A DNA stretch of 64,000 nucleotides from Fimbriosthenelais zetlandica (lineage: Eukaryota): NCBI GenBank assembly GCA_977030845.1, contig OZ365115.1:9672001-9736000 (forward strand). The letters are read 5' to 3'. The position numbers were made by a program, and so were the translations under genes. Shown here in pieces: positions 37,801 through 50,618 of the stretch; within the stretch, counting starts at the first letter, position 1; every line of letters begins with the position of its first letter. Below the pieces are notes generated by a model. That model made no database searches. It saw only the letters and a list, made by a program, of their open reading frames with translations, and was not told where the DNA came from.

Positions 37801-40800
37801 ACAGTACATCTCTGATGTTAGAAAACTTGCCATTGTACTTGGGTACTTGCTAGAAGTAAATTTCTCAAAAGTCGTCATAAGATAATTATTATAACGTTTG
37901 AGTATTAATTTCGTAAGAAATAGCATTTAAACTATATACTATTTTTATGCGCATATAGTACTTAGCTGGCGAAAATATATATACTTCCTTTCTTTCGTAA
38001 CATTTTAGAATTTTTTTACCATATTGCTGAACATGCATGGTGTGCCTTGTTCATTCGATGCAACTGAAACAAGATTCTTCCATAAGAAATGTATGACTGC
38101 AACCTTTTGGGAATGATCCATCTTCTAGTATAATTCACTATTTAAAAGCCGTGTCAGCTTTTCCTGTGTTCTCAGGGAGGCCCTATGTACAAGAATGCTG
38201 AGTGACATTACCAAATACTTTCCTACGAAAATGCCTATGTATTTGGCGATGCCATTGTATCAAGTAGCCGTGCCTAATAGCTCCCCACTTTACCAAAGGA
38301 GCAAATGGGACGTCCATTATGCCAACGTCTTCTACGTCTGTGTGTACGTCTGCCACCTCTAATGGCATCCATTGTCAAACCACAAGGTCTCCCCTTCCCC
38401 CCATCTCCCGCCCTCTAGTGTCTTAATACCATTATACATCTCTTACACTCCCATTTCCGCTCCCCGGAGTGAGATGAGAACAATGGGAAAACCATCAGGA
38501 GAAAACGCGAGACTTGGCAAGGCTATCAATTATGCATGCGCTGCCCTCTTAGTAACGTGTCTCATCGGGTGGAGTTGTGGTTTGGTGATAGCTGGGGATG
38601 GGGGCTAAGTATGACAAGACATAGTTGGGTAAACTATATATACATCCAAGGTATTACGTCATATGTGCGTGATAGATATACATGCACATGTATCGTTTTG
38701 GCAAATCATTTTATTATCACTCGGAGTTTTGGGCTCTTGCGTGACCCAACTAGTTTTTCCCCCTATACTCGCGTGGTTTTATTGAGTGAAAAAAAACTAT
38801 TCCCAAGCTAAATTAAAAGCCTTTTCCTGCCCGGGTTATGCCCAATCAATGCGAGTCACTGCGGTAGGGAATTTGTTGCTTGATGAAATATGGAAACGTG
38901 GCCGGCACGCGATGTAAGTGAAATTAGGCATCCTTCGATGGAGAGCCCCCTCCTATTTATTAATGCTGCATACAATCATCGCTTCTCTTATTCTCAACTT
39001 GTCATTCTCAATGAGAGTCCTTACCTAAGATAAAGATTAGGTTTTGTTGTATTTGTTCATTGCTTTTGACTGGATTGTGAGGAAATCTCAGGAGGTGTTC
39101 CACTGCCATACCTATGTCATCATGAACTTCCGATGGCTCCTCTTCGATTTGCCACTCGCGTCTTTATTGGTGGAGGGAGAAGTATTGGCAGACCTGTTTA
39201 GCTCACGGTCCAATTGCTCTTCCTTCGATTTTTAATGTTTAACAGTCTGTTGGACAGCATATTGCTCTGCTGCTGAACTTCTCATTGACCATTCCAGCTG
39301 TTTGCAAAGCTCCGGCAATTTGATGAAATCCTCAACAGACAGGCTGATCTGTTAAGCATGTTTTGTTCCATAGTAATCTTGGCATGTCATCCTAAAGGCC
39401 ATGTCTGAGCTCAATGGAAAGGTCAGCCATTTTTATGGCCAGACTCTGGAATTTAACCATGACATTGGAAACTGACACTGACATGCAATGAGCAAGGTAA
39501 TTAAATTTTGAGCATAGTTTTAAATACTATAGACACATGGTATGCAAAAAACAACTGTCAATGCTGAGCAACTTTCCATAATGGGACAGAATTATGGAAA
39601 CTTCACGCCGAATGATTGGTAATTTAAGACCGTTAATGGAGGTCAAAGCTTCACCACTACAACACATCCAAGTGTGGAAGGTCCCTAGTGGGGATATCTT
39701 GCCTACCATAGTATCGAATTGCCCCATAGATCACAGCAGTGTGTGCCATTTAAAAGCCGTTTAGGACACACCGCCTGTGTTTTGAGGCTATCAAAATAGT
39801 CAGTGTTGGGACATCCAGATAGCAAAGCATGTGTTTGCTGCATTAAAATCTAAATAACACGCCATTAAATGTGTGCATCTTCCCTAAAGCTGATCTTTTT
39901 ATGAAGGAATGGAAATGCCTATTTAGCCCTGTGTATGGAGATGTATGGGGTTTTAAGGTATTGTATATAATAGTCGATGGAAGTTTTGTACATTGAAATA
40001 TGTTCCTGCAATGCATCAATAATATTAAATATTTACTAGTTCCTGTAATAATCATATTGAAATATTCTAGAATTACAATCCCGCTTTTCGAAATAAAATG
40101 CCTTGAATCTGCATTGAATTTCATGCCAAACAAATTTCCATGTCAATGGCAAATTGAAAAGCTTTACTCGCCTGTAGAAAAATAACAGAAAATATTACAG
40201 AAAAAGTTAAATGTTTGGCGTGCAGTACTATGTGGAGTGACTGCCTTAAAGTGCTCGCTTCACAAAGACTGAATAAAACTGACATTGACATTTGAAGGTT
40301 GTTTTATCATGAATGCCTCCTGCGTGGTGAAACATGGCCGTCATCACTGTGAAGCCATTCCGCTTGATGTGAAGCCCTCTGATTCACGTATCAATCGAAT
40401 GTCCATTAACGTATATTTCATAGAGCATAATTCATTGTTCTTTGTCTCTCTCACTGATACATCCGTCTGCTGATTTATCTTGTTAGTGAAGCACTGACAG
40501 TCATTTGAGATTACTGTTAAGGGAAATAGGATTTACAGATGATGTGATCCTGTTATATTTTTGTACAATTTGTTTTCACCTTTGTCGAACTGTCTCGTCT
40601 AAGGTGTCTACCTCAATCATCCCCTGTTGATCCAGCCAGACATTGTCTGGGACTGTCATAGAACCCGAGGGAATGAAGTCCTGGATTTTATGCAATAGGT
40701 GATGGCAAGATCGTTACATTCCTTGTGTTATTGATTTTCAGATTTACATTTTGAAACTGGATTATCAGTTCTAATCATTTACAGCACCGGTTACAGGAGG

Positions 40801-42299
40801 TACAGGTTTACAAATAAGATTATCTGATTTGAACTGACGAGACATCCAGTTTAAATATAACTCTGAAATTAGAAATTCATATCAAGGTCGATGTCATAAC
40901 TAGCTCTAGTTTAAAAGGAGTAGTGTACTGCAATTGCAGAGGATATCATTTTACCCAGTTCCTTATTTGGTTTTTAGCCTTAAGACGGAACCTGTTCCTA
41001 TCTCTATGAGATATAATTATGGAACCCAATCCGTGCAAACCATTTCAGACAAACTGCAAGATGGTGTTTTATTTAATACCTGTTGATATTTTTCCGGAAT
41101 CGCACTTGTATACTTGTACGTACAATTTCCCATTGAATATTCATTTACTTCACCAAACTAAATAATGAATTGCATTCCTGTCCTTCCTTGATAATAACTT
41201 TAAGGGGCGTTGAATTTCATTTCATCAATTCAGACGATAGAACTTTCTTCTTTGTATATGTTTCAGTTTTTTTTCAATCAGTCATGATTACAGTTTGAAC
41301 ATTTTACTCCTTCTGAAACATTTCCATTTCATAATGGAAAAAATGACGGCTCTAATGTGTTATGTGATATTTCATTGAGTGCAATGGAAGAGTCCCTGCT
41401 GTAACCAGGCTGCATGCCTAGCCCTTGAAAAGATCTCATTTAAGCAAATTAGCTCAGATCAATCACTCATTTTTCCTCTCCCCCAGCTCCCATGGCGCTG
41501 CTATTGAAGCCAGACATAATACCCCTAATATCGACCACACACTCGCGCTAACGCTTTTTATCACAGGCCTGTTATGGGAATTTCATATTCATGGTATTCC
41601 ACTGGCAGCCTGGGCACGTTTCTTTGTTGCTGTCTGCCACGTTCCTCCCTGTCCTTTCATCCATTGGGCATGCACTCGCCAGTCGACAGTGTCGCGGGTT
41701 GCCAGCCCAGATCAATTTGTGTAACTCGCAAAGCTCACCATGTGTCACCCTTGCGGAGCTCAAACCTCAAGAACAAGACCACGTTCTTCTTCTCTTTGCT
41801 TCCCATTTTTATTTACCCCAGTCTATTTTCGCCGCGCCTGGCGCTGCTGTACATTGTAATCAGTTAGCTTCGTGTTTAAGGGTAGTTTGCGAGAGGAAAA
41901 AGGACTATTTGGTTGGGGACTCGCTGGGCGGTCCAAGGACTGATTGTCAATCTCTGGTGTTTGTCGTGCCTTATGCAAGCAGGCTTTACATCGCCTGCCT
42001 TTTCTTTTTTTTCTATTCTTGCCTTATTCAGTCAGATTCGGCTTGCCTCGACAGACAGATGCTTCTCTCTCCACAAACAATCATCTGCTGACTGTGCCCT
42101 CACTGTCCCCTGGACGCATGCGTGCCACAAATAAGAGCAGGGATGTGGTCAGTGGTCGTTCCCGTGCTGTCCATTGCCTCAATTGATCTGACTGTTTGAT
42201 CTTGGTCTGTCCCCAAACGCTGCCCCCAACTGACCAAAACGTCCTCACTGGACCAAAAATACACGATTCTCATTCTCCGAGGGGACACCTGAATGTCAG

Positions 42300-42330
42300 G
42301 AAATGTCACGTGATGCCTCATTAGCATAAC
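42300..42330. promoter_or_regulatory. E-box (CLEAR/USF-type) adjacent to octamer-like motif
   Basis: GTCACGTGAT 42305-42314 and ATTAGCAT 42320-42327, at the end of a CpG-richer zone (about 41500-42330). Confidence 0.3.
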
Positions 42331-43424
42331 CTGCCTCCCAAAGTTTGGCGAATATTTCAGCACTTAAACCCCGATTTCCTTATGCTATGAGCTTATATTG
42401 TTTTCAAGACTGCAGCTTTTGAAATGTCATAAAAGCCATTCTTGTTCAATTTTATCCCAATTTAATCTCATCTCTGTTTCTGTAAAAGGTTTAAACCCTT
42501 GCTATAATCTGTGTTCGAGGGAATTGACAGCAAATTGCGTACGCATGCGTTGTTCATACTACACTTCATGTGATGAAACTTAAATAATCCCTTAAAGTGT
42601 AATATGTTATAGATATGATAGATGACTGGAACTTACAGACACCTCATCCTTTAGATGAGTGCTTCAGTAGGATTAGATATTGGCAGAGTCCAATTAACAA
42701 CTGGCAAACTCCTTGGTGGTTCATCATTAGGTAGAGCTGTAGCTAAGAGCCAAGTCAATCCATCTTTCTGCTACACGTAAAGGAGTTATTTATGAAAGGG
42801 AAGGTCTGCTGCAGGAGAGAATGTACAATTCCACTTCCATCAGTTTCACTGGAGTTTTTCCCTTTCCACTCAAATACGAATGGTTGGACGAAGGAATAGA
42901 TCCAAGCCTTGTACTGTAACCGCAATAATTACTTCTATACAATTTACATACAGAATCAAAGGAATAGAATAAAGTTTGATAATATAGAATTTCAAGTATT
43001 GCTATGATATGGCCAAGAATTTTGCTTTCAATGTCATTTACTTTGCTTCTGAAGCTATTGTGGCATAGTACTGACAACTTCCTTTGGGCATATTAAATTT
43101 TCAGGAATTCACTTCATTCATCCGATAGTTCTTTGAATCTCTGATCCTTTTGGAATGCTTCAAGTCTCCCGTTACCTTTTGATTCTTTGAACATGTCTTT
43201 CCTTCCCATGATGTCAAGATTGTGTATCGCCTAAAGATGTCCCAGAAGGAAAGGAAAGCTACTGTAACAAGTGTCTATAGTAAACCTCCAGAGTGATCAC
43301 GAAAAATATATCAAAAACTTTTTCCATCAACATAGCTAGCATCTCTCGTGTTTTGTCCATTGCTCGGCATCAACGCCTGCGTATATATGTATATTCTGCT
43401 CCTTGATTGTGGCATTCCATCAGA

Positions 43425-43436
43425 CAAGATGGCGGC
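43425..43436 (+). promoter_or_regulatory. Perfect YY1 consensus site
   Basis: CAAGATGGCGGC, an exact 12-nt match to the established YY1 motif. Confidence 0.45.
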
Positions 43437-43832
43437 TGAGCACTGTGAGATTTTTGCTGACTCATCTACTCAATCCCAGCAGGCGTTGCAGCTGGAGAGA
43501 ACTTCAGCTCCCTCTATGTGTGTGATGCGTAAATACAAGGAGAGGGCTATATTTGGTGGGGGCAGTGAGTTAAGCTGATTGGTACGTGCAGTGAATTATA
43601 AAGATGAAATGAATATAAATGCCAAGACAAAAGTTCAACTGCCTGTGTTGAAGCCACATGCATTGGATTAGCAATTGAATGAGACATGCCCGGGATAAAA
43701 GTTAATCGTCATATTTAGGTTTCTTATTTATTTCAAAGGTAATCTTATAATTGCATGCGGAATTTTGTCTTTTATGAAATTCTGAGGTTTCTGCTTTGTT
43801 GGAATTTCGTTTTGGATTAAAAGAGAACTGGC

Positions 43833-44010
43833 GAGGGAAGGGAAATTGGGAAAGGGAAAGACAGAGAAAACAGGGAGACATAATGAGGGAGATAGAGAGA
43901 AAAAAAGAGAATTATATAGAAATATATAGAAGTATATATGAGCATTGTATGGTCACTTTATAGAGGAAATCACAGAGAGAGAGAGACAGAGACAGAGAAT
44001 GAGATAAGAG
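43833..44010. repeat. Degenerate GA-rich (polypurine) tract
   Basis: gagggaagggaaattgggaaagggaaagacagagaaaa ... gagagagagagacagagacagagaat. Confidence 0.8.
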
Positions 44011-44930
44011 AAAACGTAAAGACAATGAGATGTGTCGTATGAATATTAATATTTTGACCACAAATTGAGTCGTTGAACCTCCATTGTTGAGACATCAGGA
44101 CGTTGACACAATGCCACAGAGTTATAATTAATTTTCTCTTATGTCTTTATTATTGATTTCCAGTGGTGAACTGTTTACTGTGCATGCCTTCCTTCAGTCA
44201 GCAGCTATCTCCACAAGTTTCATTTGCTCATTACCTCAAAGGCAAAGTTGGATGAATTTCAATATCTGCATTAAGACTGCTGAGCCATATGAGGGAAACT
44301 CAAAGCATAGTTACATCTGATGTAATGTATTTTATCCTCTGTTATATCAAAGCTTCTAGTTTAATTTCGTCTATATACCTGAAGTACTTTTCATAATTAA
44401 CTAACACATACCCTTTGTGCGATTGCCTTGTAGGGGCAATGTATTTAAGAAACCGGTGCTTGGACAATGCAGTACCAGGCAATTGTGAAAGCTTTTTTTA
44501 AAAAAAAACAGTATTGGAACAATGCAAGACCTCGACGAGGGTACAAATGAGTAAATCGCAAAGATTTACTTCTAAAACGCCCTGAATTGATACATGTATG
44601 CTAAAACAAATTGTACTGTATTGATACATTTAATCCCAAGTCCAAGGTTACAGTTTTCATTGACACATATAATATTCTGTCAAGGACATAGATATTGCAT
44701 TTCTGAGTGATAGCCATACACACGCCCATCCAACACCCTCCCTGAAAGTAGAAAGACAATCACAGATGAAGGCAGGAGATATCACATGTCAACGACTCAT
44801 ATGAGAAGGCAATAAGAAGTGTGGATGGAGAGGCACCAGTATCAATGATGACTTTTCACACTGCCTGCTGTGAACTGGAGAGGAGGATGAGAGATATGTG
44901 AAAATGAGCACACAGACTTAGTAATCAATA

Positions 44931-44963
44931 CCCCCTCACCCTACCCCCGCCCACCTACCCCCC
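44931..44963 (-). other. G-quadruplex-competent motif on the minus strand (C-runs on plus)
   Basis: CCCCCtcaCCCtaCCCCCgCCCacctaCCCCCC. Confidence 0.5.
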
Positions 44964-46409
44964 ACACTCCTGATCCCACTACTTAAAGTAGACCGAGAGC
45001 TGATGAGTTCTCCTCCTCATCCTCTAATCCCTCTTTCCAACATTGATGCAAAGGTTGGGCCTGGATAATAGGCCAGCAATGTGAAGGCTCATGCTGGTGC
45101 TATTTGTTAACCCCACAAGTTCCATGACACTCTGTAATAAAGGTCTATATTGAAAGTAGTGGAGGGACGGAGTGTCAGTAAAGGGGACAAACGTACAGCC
45201 TAATGATGGTGGTTTGAAAGTTGGGAGAATAGGACTCATGCTTCTACTGCATATTTCTTAATGTATTCCCTGCACCTCTCATGATATGTTTCATCTTCCT
45301 AGATTATCTCTAATACATGAGAAAATCGATATCACCATCATCAGGACTCACACAGAGGTCTATGATGATGCCACCATTCCCATGATTGTGGGGTATCAGA
45401 CGATGCCTTTACATATAAAAATGAATTAAGTACATCATCTGAAGAAGGTCTTCTTTTACATTGGCAATATTTGTCATAATTACATTTCTTTATTTTATTC
45501 ATTGCCCAGGATGGGCAATTTTACAGAGAGAGGATTTCAAAGGCAGGTTTCCAAGGCTGCCTTTTTCATAAGGGCTCTTTTATGTTTCATTTTTCCCATT
45601 GGAGTATAATTGCGATGGAAATCCAAAGGAAAGAGTAGTACAATGCAGTTTGCTATGCAATAAGTAAAAGAGTGCGGGCCTTATTGACCCCCTTGGGTGG
45701 ATTAGACGAACCATTTCCAACCAAATAGTGGCTTTTTGTGGCTTTTCCCGTAGTTCTGAAGTTCCAATTATTCCAAGGCACCCCATGTCATACTGCTTGT
45801 TTTAATGGTGTTCATGCATTTTCAACTCTTAGACACTGCCAGCCCTGCACCCATAACAAGAGAAACAGCCTCAACAGTCTGGTAGTGATAGTGTTTTGGG
45901 AAGCCATCAAGTTTTTATTGCCTCATCTCAGCTTTGACCAGCTGCGTTCCACATCTTGGTCATGCTAGCTAATTCCGCAGCACATTCCCCTGGGATTGCT
46001 TGATAAATAGCTCAAAGGGTAAATTTGACACCCTTATTACCCTCTCTAATTAAGTAGGGAATTTAAAGCTAAATATACAATGCCATCTATTCAATCCAGA
46101 AGACATTAGATGAGTGCATACTAGTCCATTGCAGAAAGAAATCCAACAGTCTCCATTGGGCATACTGTGTATATCTCTGCACCCAAGTTCCTGTAGACAA
46201 TGTCTGATGATATAGTGTGCTTGGTATGGACCTGGCCAGAAATAGGTCAACTGTGATAAGGAATCAATAGGGAGTTATAACTGAACCTTTTACAGGCGAT
46301 GTGGCACTCTTCCCCCTCATATGCTAATGACTCACGCCCAGACGGTCCTCTCCCATATTCCAGTGTCGTAAAAGGCTGGGTGCAGAGCTGGTTTATGGTC
46401 ATAGGGACA

Positions 46410-46470
46410 GAGGACCGGAAGTGGGCCAGTCACATGGAGCCTGTCTGATCTGGTGCATTACACGTGGTAA
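46410..46470. promoter_or_regulatory. ETS plus E-box module
   Basis: ACCGGAAGTG 46414-46423, GTCACATGG 46429 and CACGTG 46461-46466. Confidence 0.4.
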
Positions 46471-49456
46471 ATATGATTGTCACTTGACTGAGATTATCAC
46501 TTTGATAATCAGGTCAATAAAACGGATAATGTGACCGAGGCTTGCTGAGTCTTGCAGGCAATGCATATATAATTTAAGACCTCAGCAAGATGGTTTTGGT
46601 AGAAATGGAAGAGTCAATACTACCATATATACCAAATAGCAGACATTGGGTGCTGTTTCCCCCCTTAAAGAAGTTCCTTTGATTCTCCTTAACTATGCAG
46701 TTGATTTTTTTCTCTTCCTAATGGAAGTAAGGGGAATCTATAAAGTAAAGGAGGCATATCCTGCAAAAAGCATCTGTTTGGCTTAATTTGACCAGAAAAT
46801 TGGTCTGAAGCAATCAACCCCGCCACTTCATTATGAAACCTTCCTTCATGATGCCGGACTTTCATAAATTCCCACTGGTTTACTAATTAACTTCTGATGT
46901 AAATATATATGTTTTGCCTTGTCACGAGTCACAAAGTCTCCAGGAGACTAATGGAGTATAGCTTTCATATCCCGCAAAGAAAATACTTTCTTGGAAGTGA
47001 GAGCAATGCTTGTAACCCGAACAAGGAGCTGAGTGGGATATTAGATAGTTGGCACCTGATATATAGTCTGGTAGTCCCTTTACTCTGACACATGTCTGGT
47101 GGCTGGGGGTGGTGGGGAGAAGCTACTCTTGACGAGTAAGACCCTCTGATTCATGATGGGCGATAATAGAGGTCAACTGAAAGCCATCCCTCATTGTCTC
47201 GCCCAGTCTCGCGGGATCGACCAAACTAGTCTCATAGATTGACCCTGAGGGCGCGAGATTAGCTGCCAGATGCATCACGTGATTGACAGAGATGAGCGCT
47301 ATAATCAAAACTTGTGGGAGGGATATAGGAGAGTTTTGCGTGGATGGATTTTTGGACTCCCATACAGGCATGCTGGCAATCTCCTACATGGTCCTATACT
47401 TCGCCCAAGTGCTGCTAACTGGCTTATCAAAGGTCAGCCATGTTTCCCAATGTCTATGGAAAAAGGTATTGACAAGTCCATATTGCTGCCTTTCAAGAAG
47501 AATAGGCCATGCATAGGAAAGAGGCATTAAAAGAGCCATTGCTGCCTTTCATGAAGAACAGTCATTCCTTGACTTGACTAAAATATAACTCATCATAAGA
47601 CTCATTTCCGCAGTTGAAAATCAATGATAAAGCCTACTTGTGATTACCCTTGAACTCAACGAACCTGATGAGCTTTGTGCTGGAGTCAAGCTTAAAGAAT
47701 ATTAAACCTTGAGGACATACTCAGGTTTAGAACATTGATAGAGCAGCAGGTGGCTTTACTCCTTCTGAAAAATGGGAGCCTAAAGTCCTTGGAGAAGCAA
47801 CTATTGCTTAGCAATCAGAAAGTAAACCTGCACATCTCTGTATCTAGACTTTTTTCATTCGTCTCCGATGTTTTTCCTGATCTCATCCTTGTTTGTTCAG
47901 TCAGCATTTTCAAGCAGAGATCACATGTGACAAGGTGGTTCGATATTCGATTAATGCCATCGCCCGTAGTCGACAGTGGTGAAAATGATGATGGGGAGTG
48001 CTCGAAGTTCTGGTCGGTGGATAAAGCCATGGGCTAAATAATCAAGTATGTGTGCTCCATGTAAACAGTAGGGATGATTGGCTGCCAAGAGCATTGCCAC
48101 AATCATACACATGACACAGGGACAGGCTACACTGTCATACCACATGCTCACATAGAAGAAAGGTACTTGTTAAATAGGGATGTAGGGTGTCATAATCAAT
48201 AGACAGGCTTTGTAACTGTCAGCCAAGTTCTTACACATGGTCGTGGATCAGAGATTGCTTTGGAAATGTATATGTGCTATGGCTGCATGCAAGCTGATGC
48301 ATCTCAGTATTTCTGAACAAAAACCTAGTTATTAGAGACCTACAGAAATCAAAATATAAAGTAAAACAAAGTTATGCTTGCTGGAAGGGCTCAGGATGAG
48401 TTGTCGGCAGAAATATTTCACCTTCATTAACCGAAAGATATTTAATTTATAGTCGTTAGTTCATGGTTTAATTATATTCAATGGTCGCACCTTCTTAATA
48501 AGGAACCTTGAACTAGCAATCCATCAATCTATTCTATGGCCATGGCCTTCATTAATTCTGTAAGGAGGTGGTATGACAAAAACCTCAAGTAAAACATTCC
48601 CCTTATAGGAACCTGTGGATTAAGAGTGTTTTGCTTGTCACTGGAGGGCCGCCACTGCTCGTGGAAGGCTTAAACAGTAAAAAAGGCGGCATTGAATAGG
48701 TCCTCATTGTTATTCAGAGGAGGGTAGGAAGTGGCATTTGGTCTGATCTTACATTCCTCTGCCAATGTTTGATTTGAGAATGGGCAAGGACTGTAATGCG
48801 GGCGTGCCCCTTCCCCTTCAATGAACGCCCTCTGACAATCACCATTCTGAAGTCTAAAAGCAGTTAAAATCCCTAAGACATGCCATTTTATGTCTTCGTG
48901 TTTTTATCTTAATGTGGGCCCGTGCGGCGTGGTGTGTCTTCCATCAAGGTTCAGCCTTTGATCTGTGATGCTTCTTCTCCGCCTTTTTATCCAGTTACTC
49001 ATGAATGCTAAGTTCATGATTTGTGGTCTTTCTGGACCAATTTGCGTGACCTGTTCCCCAGCGGGCCTATCAGATAATATAGAAATAATTATTTCTGCCC
49101 GGATCAAAGAGGGATGGGCATGTCATCAGACTCGTATCATTGGATAAAAGGATGGGAGCTTGTAGACCGCCCTGACATGCGAACCTTGTTATTTCTGCTG
49201 TCTGTTTTTGACGTGATTACCTTCTGCAGAATCATGACTTTGTCTGACCTGCATGGTCAGGTATATGAGCTGTTAATTAAGGATGGCATTTCTTACTCAG
49301 AATGTCATACAATGAAATGCCTAAGCATTGGTATAAAAATGTCATAACTTTCTAAATGGAAACTGTTGAAATGTTATATCCTTATTTAAAGGCAAAAGAA
49401 AGTGTAAATTATTCTTATGTTCTGTGATTTTGCATGATGATGTTGTTTCCTCCTAG

Positions 49457-49495
49457 GACTTCTTGTCCCTGGATGTTCTTGTTATTTCACACTCA
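49457..49495 (+). other. Candidate 39-nt exon
   Basis: tgttgtttcctcctAG|GACTTC...CACTCA|GTGAGT. The length is a multiple of 3 and no frame has an internal stop. No recognisable peptide. Confidence 0.25.
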
Positions 49496-50525
49496 GTGAG
49501 TCTCTGACCCAGGGGCCTTTTCAATATTAACCTTTTTCTATCAGTATATAAAAAATAAATTCCAATTTGCACGTAACTTCAACAGTTTTGAGACCGCTTG
49601 AGCCTCTTTCATGATTGGTATCATCGGATTATTCCGCCGGGTGCATTTCAAACTTATAAGATAAGCACATCATTAAAACTTCTTGGCTTCAGATGAAAGT
49701 CATCAGAGTTTTCCAGCATAAAAACGAAAATGAAATTTCCAAACTTGGCAAAATGATTTTCCCCTAAAAATCCAATCAAATAAAAAGTTGTACTCCAAAC
49801 CTTTGAGAATTGATTTGCTCTTTTCCGTAGGTCTGAAGGATATTACTTATTCAAACCAGGTTCTTTTACAAATGCTGCCTACCTGTCGTTCAGAATAAAC
49901 CCATTATTTTTCTCCTGCCCAATCCAATTTCTCAAATATAATTTAAGTTAACCCTTCTTCCTCCTTACACTATACCTACACAGCTCTGAGTCTTTTGTAA
50001 ATGTGTGATGGGTTGAAAATAGTAAAAAGCAAAAATCTAATAAATTATTGCTTCGTGTGCAACAAATTGGATCTGAATCCATTGTTAATACCTAAAGGAT
50101 GGTAAGAAAAAGAGTTTAAAAATCATTTTCGCCTGGCAAGTGCTGGTGAATGGAGCAGAATTCATTGTTGGCACTCTGCCACAGTAGGGCAGGTAAGCGA
50201 GCCCTGGGCATGCGACTCACAAATCCAATTGCCTTTTCTCATTTTCTTTGGCTTTCAGATGTATTGTTTCAACAATTACTGCCATTGACTTGGTTCGAGA
50301 AATCTGGAAAATTGCAATAACTCTCAGTGCATGATGACAGCCCTATTTTGTTCTCCATTCTTTAAATGTTTTGTTTGACATTTTAATTGATTTTATCTCA
50401 GAAGAAAACCATCAGGACCTTCAATCACTTAATTATTGGCATGTTTGACCTACACAACTGTTAGGAAATAACCAGTTAAATTATCTAATGCAACAAATCT
50501 TGTTAAAGTGGCATTATATTATTGA

Positions 50526-50618
50526 CTGACACTAATGTGTTTTCTTCTCCCTTTTCAGGTGAGTTATATGGATTTACCACATTATCTAGAACCAGAGGAC
50601 TGAACACAGACGGTAATT
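50526..50618 (+). other. Candidate recursive splice site 2 with 54-nt RS-exon (50559-50612)
   Basis: ctgac/actaat branch candidates at 50526-50536, tract gtgttttcttctcccttttc, CAG|GTGAGT at 50558/50559, and downstream donor ACG|GTAATT at 50612/50613. Confidence 0.6.

Noticed and set aside
39019-39042. Minus-strand ctaatctttatcttAG|GTAAGG, a possible third ratchet point
   Set aside because: It is on the opposite strand, the pyrimidine tract is only about 10 nt, the upstream sequence is A-rich and the +6 base is not T. It is kept as a measure of background for the recursive-site claim.
41591-42091. Longest ORF in the track (166 aa) and its overlapping neighbours
   Set aside because: Several frames on both strands are open because the region is locally GC-rich. 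There is no recognisable domain and no convincing exon boundaries.
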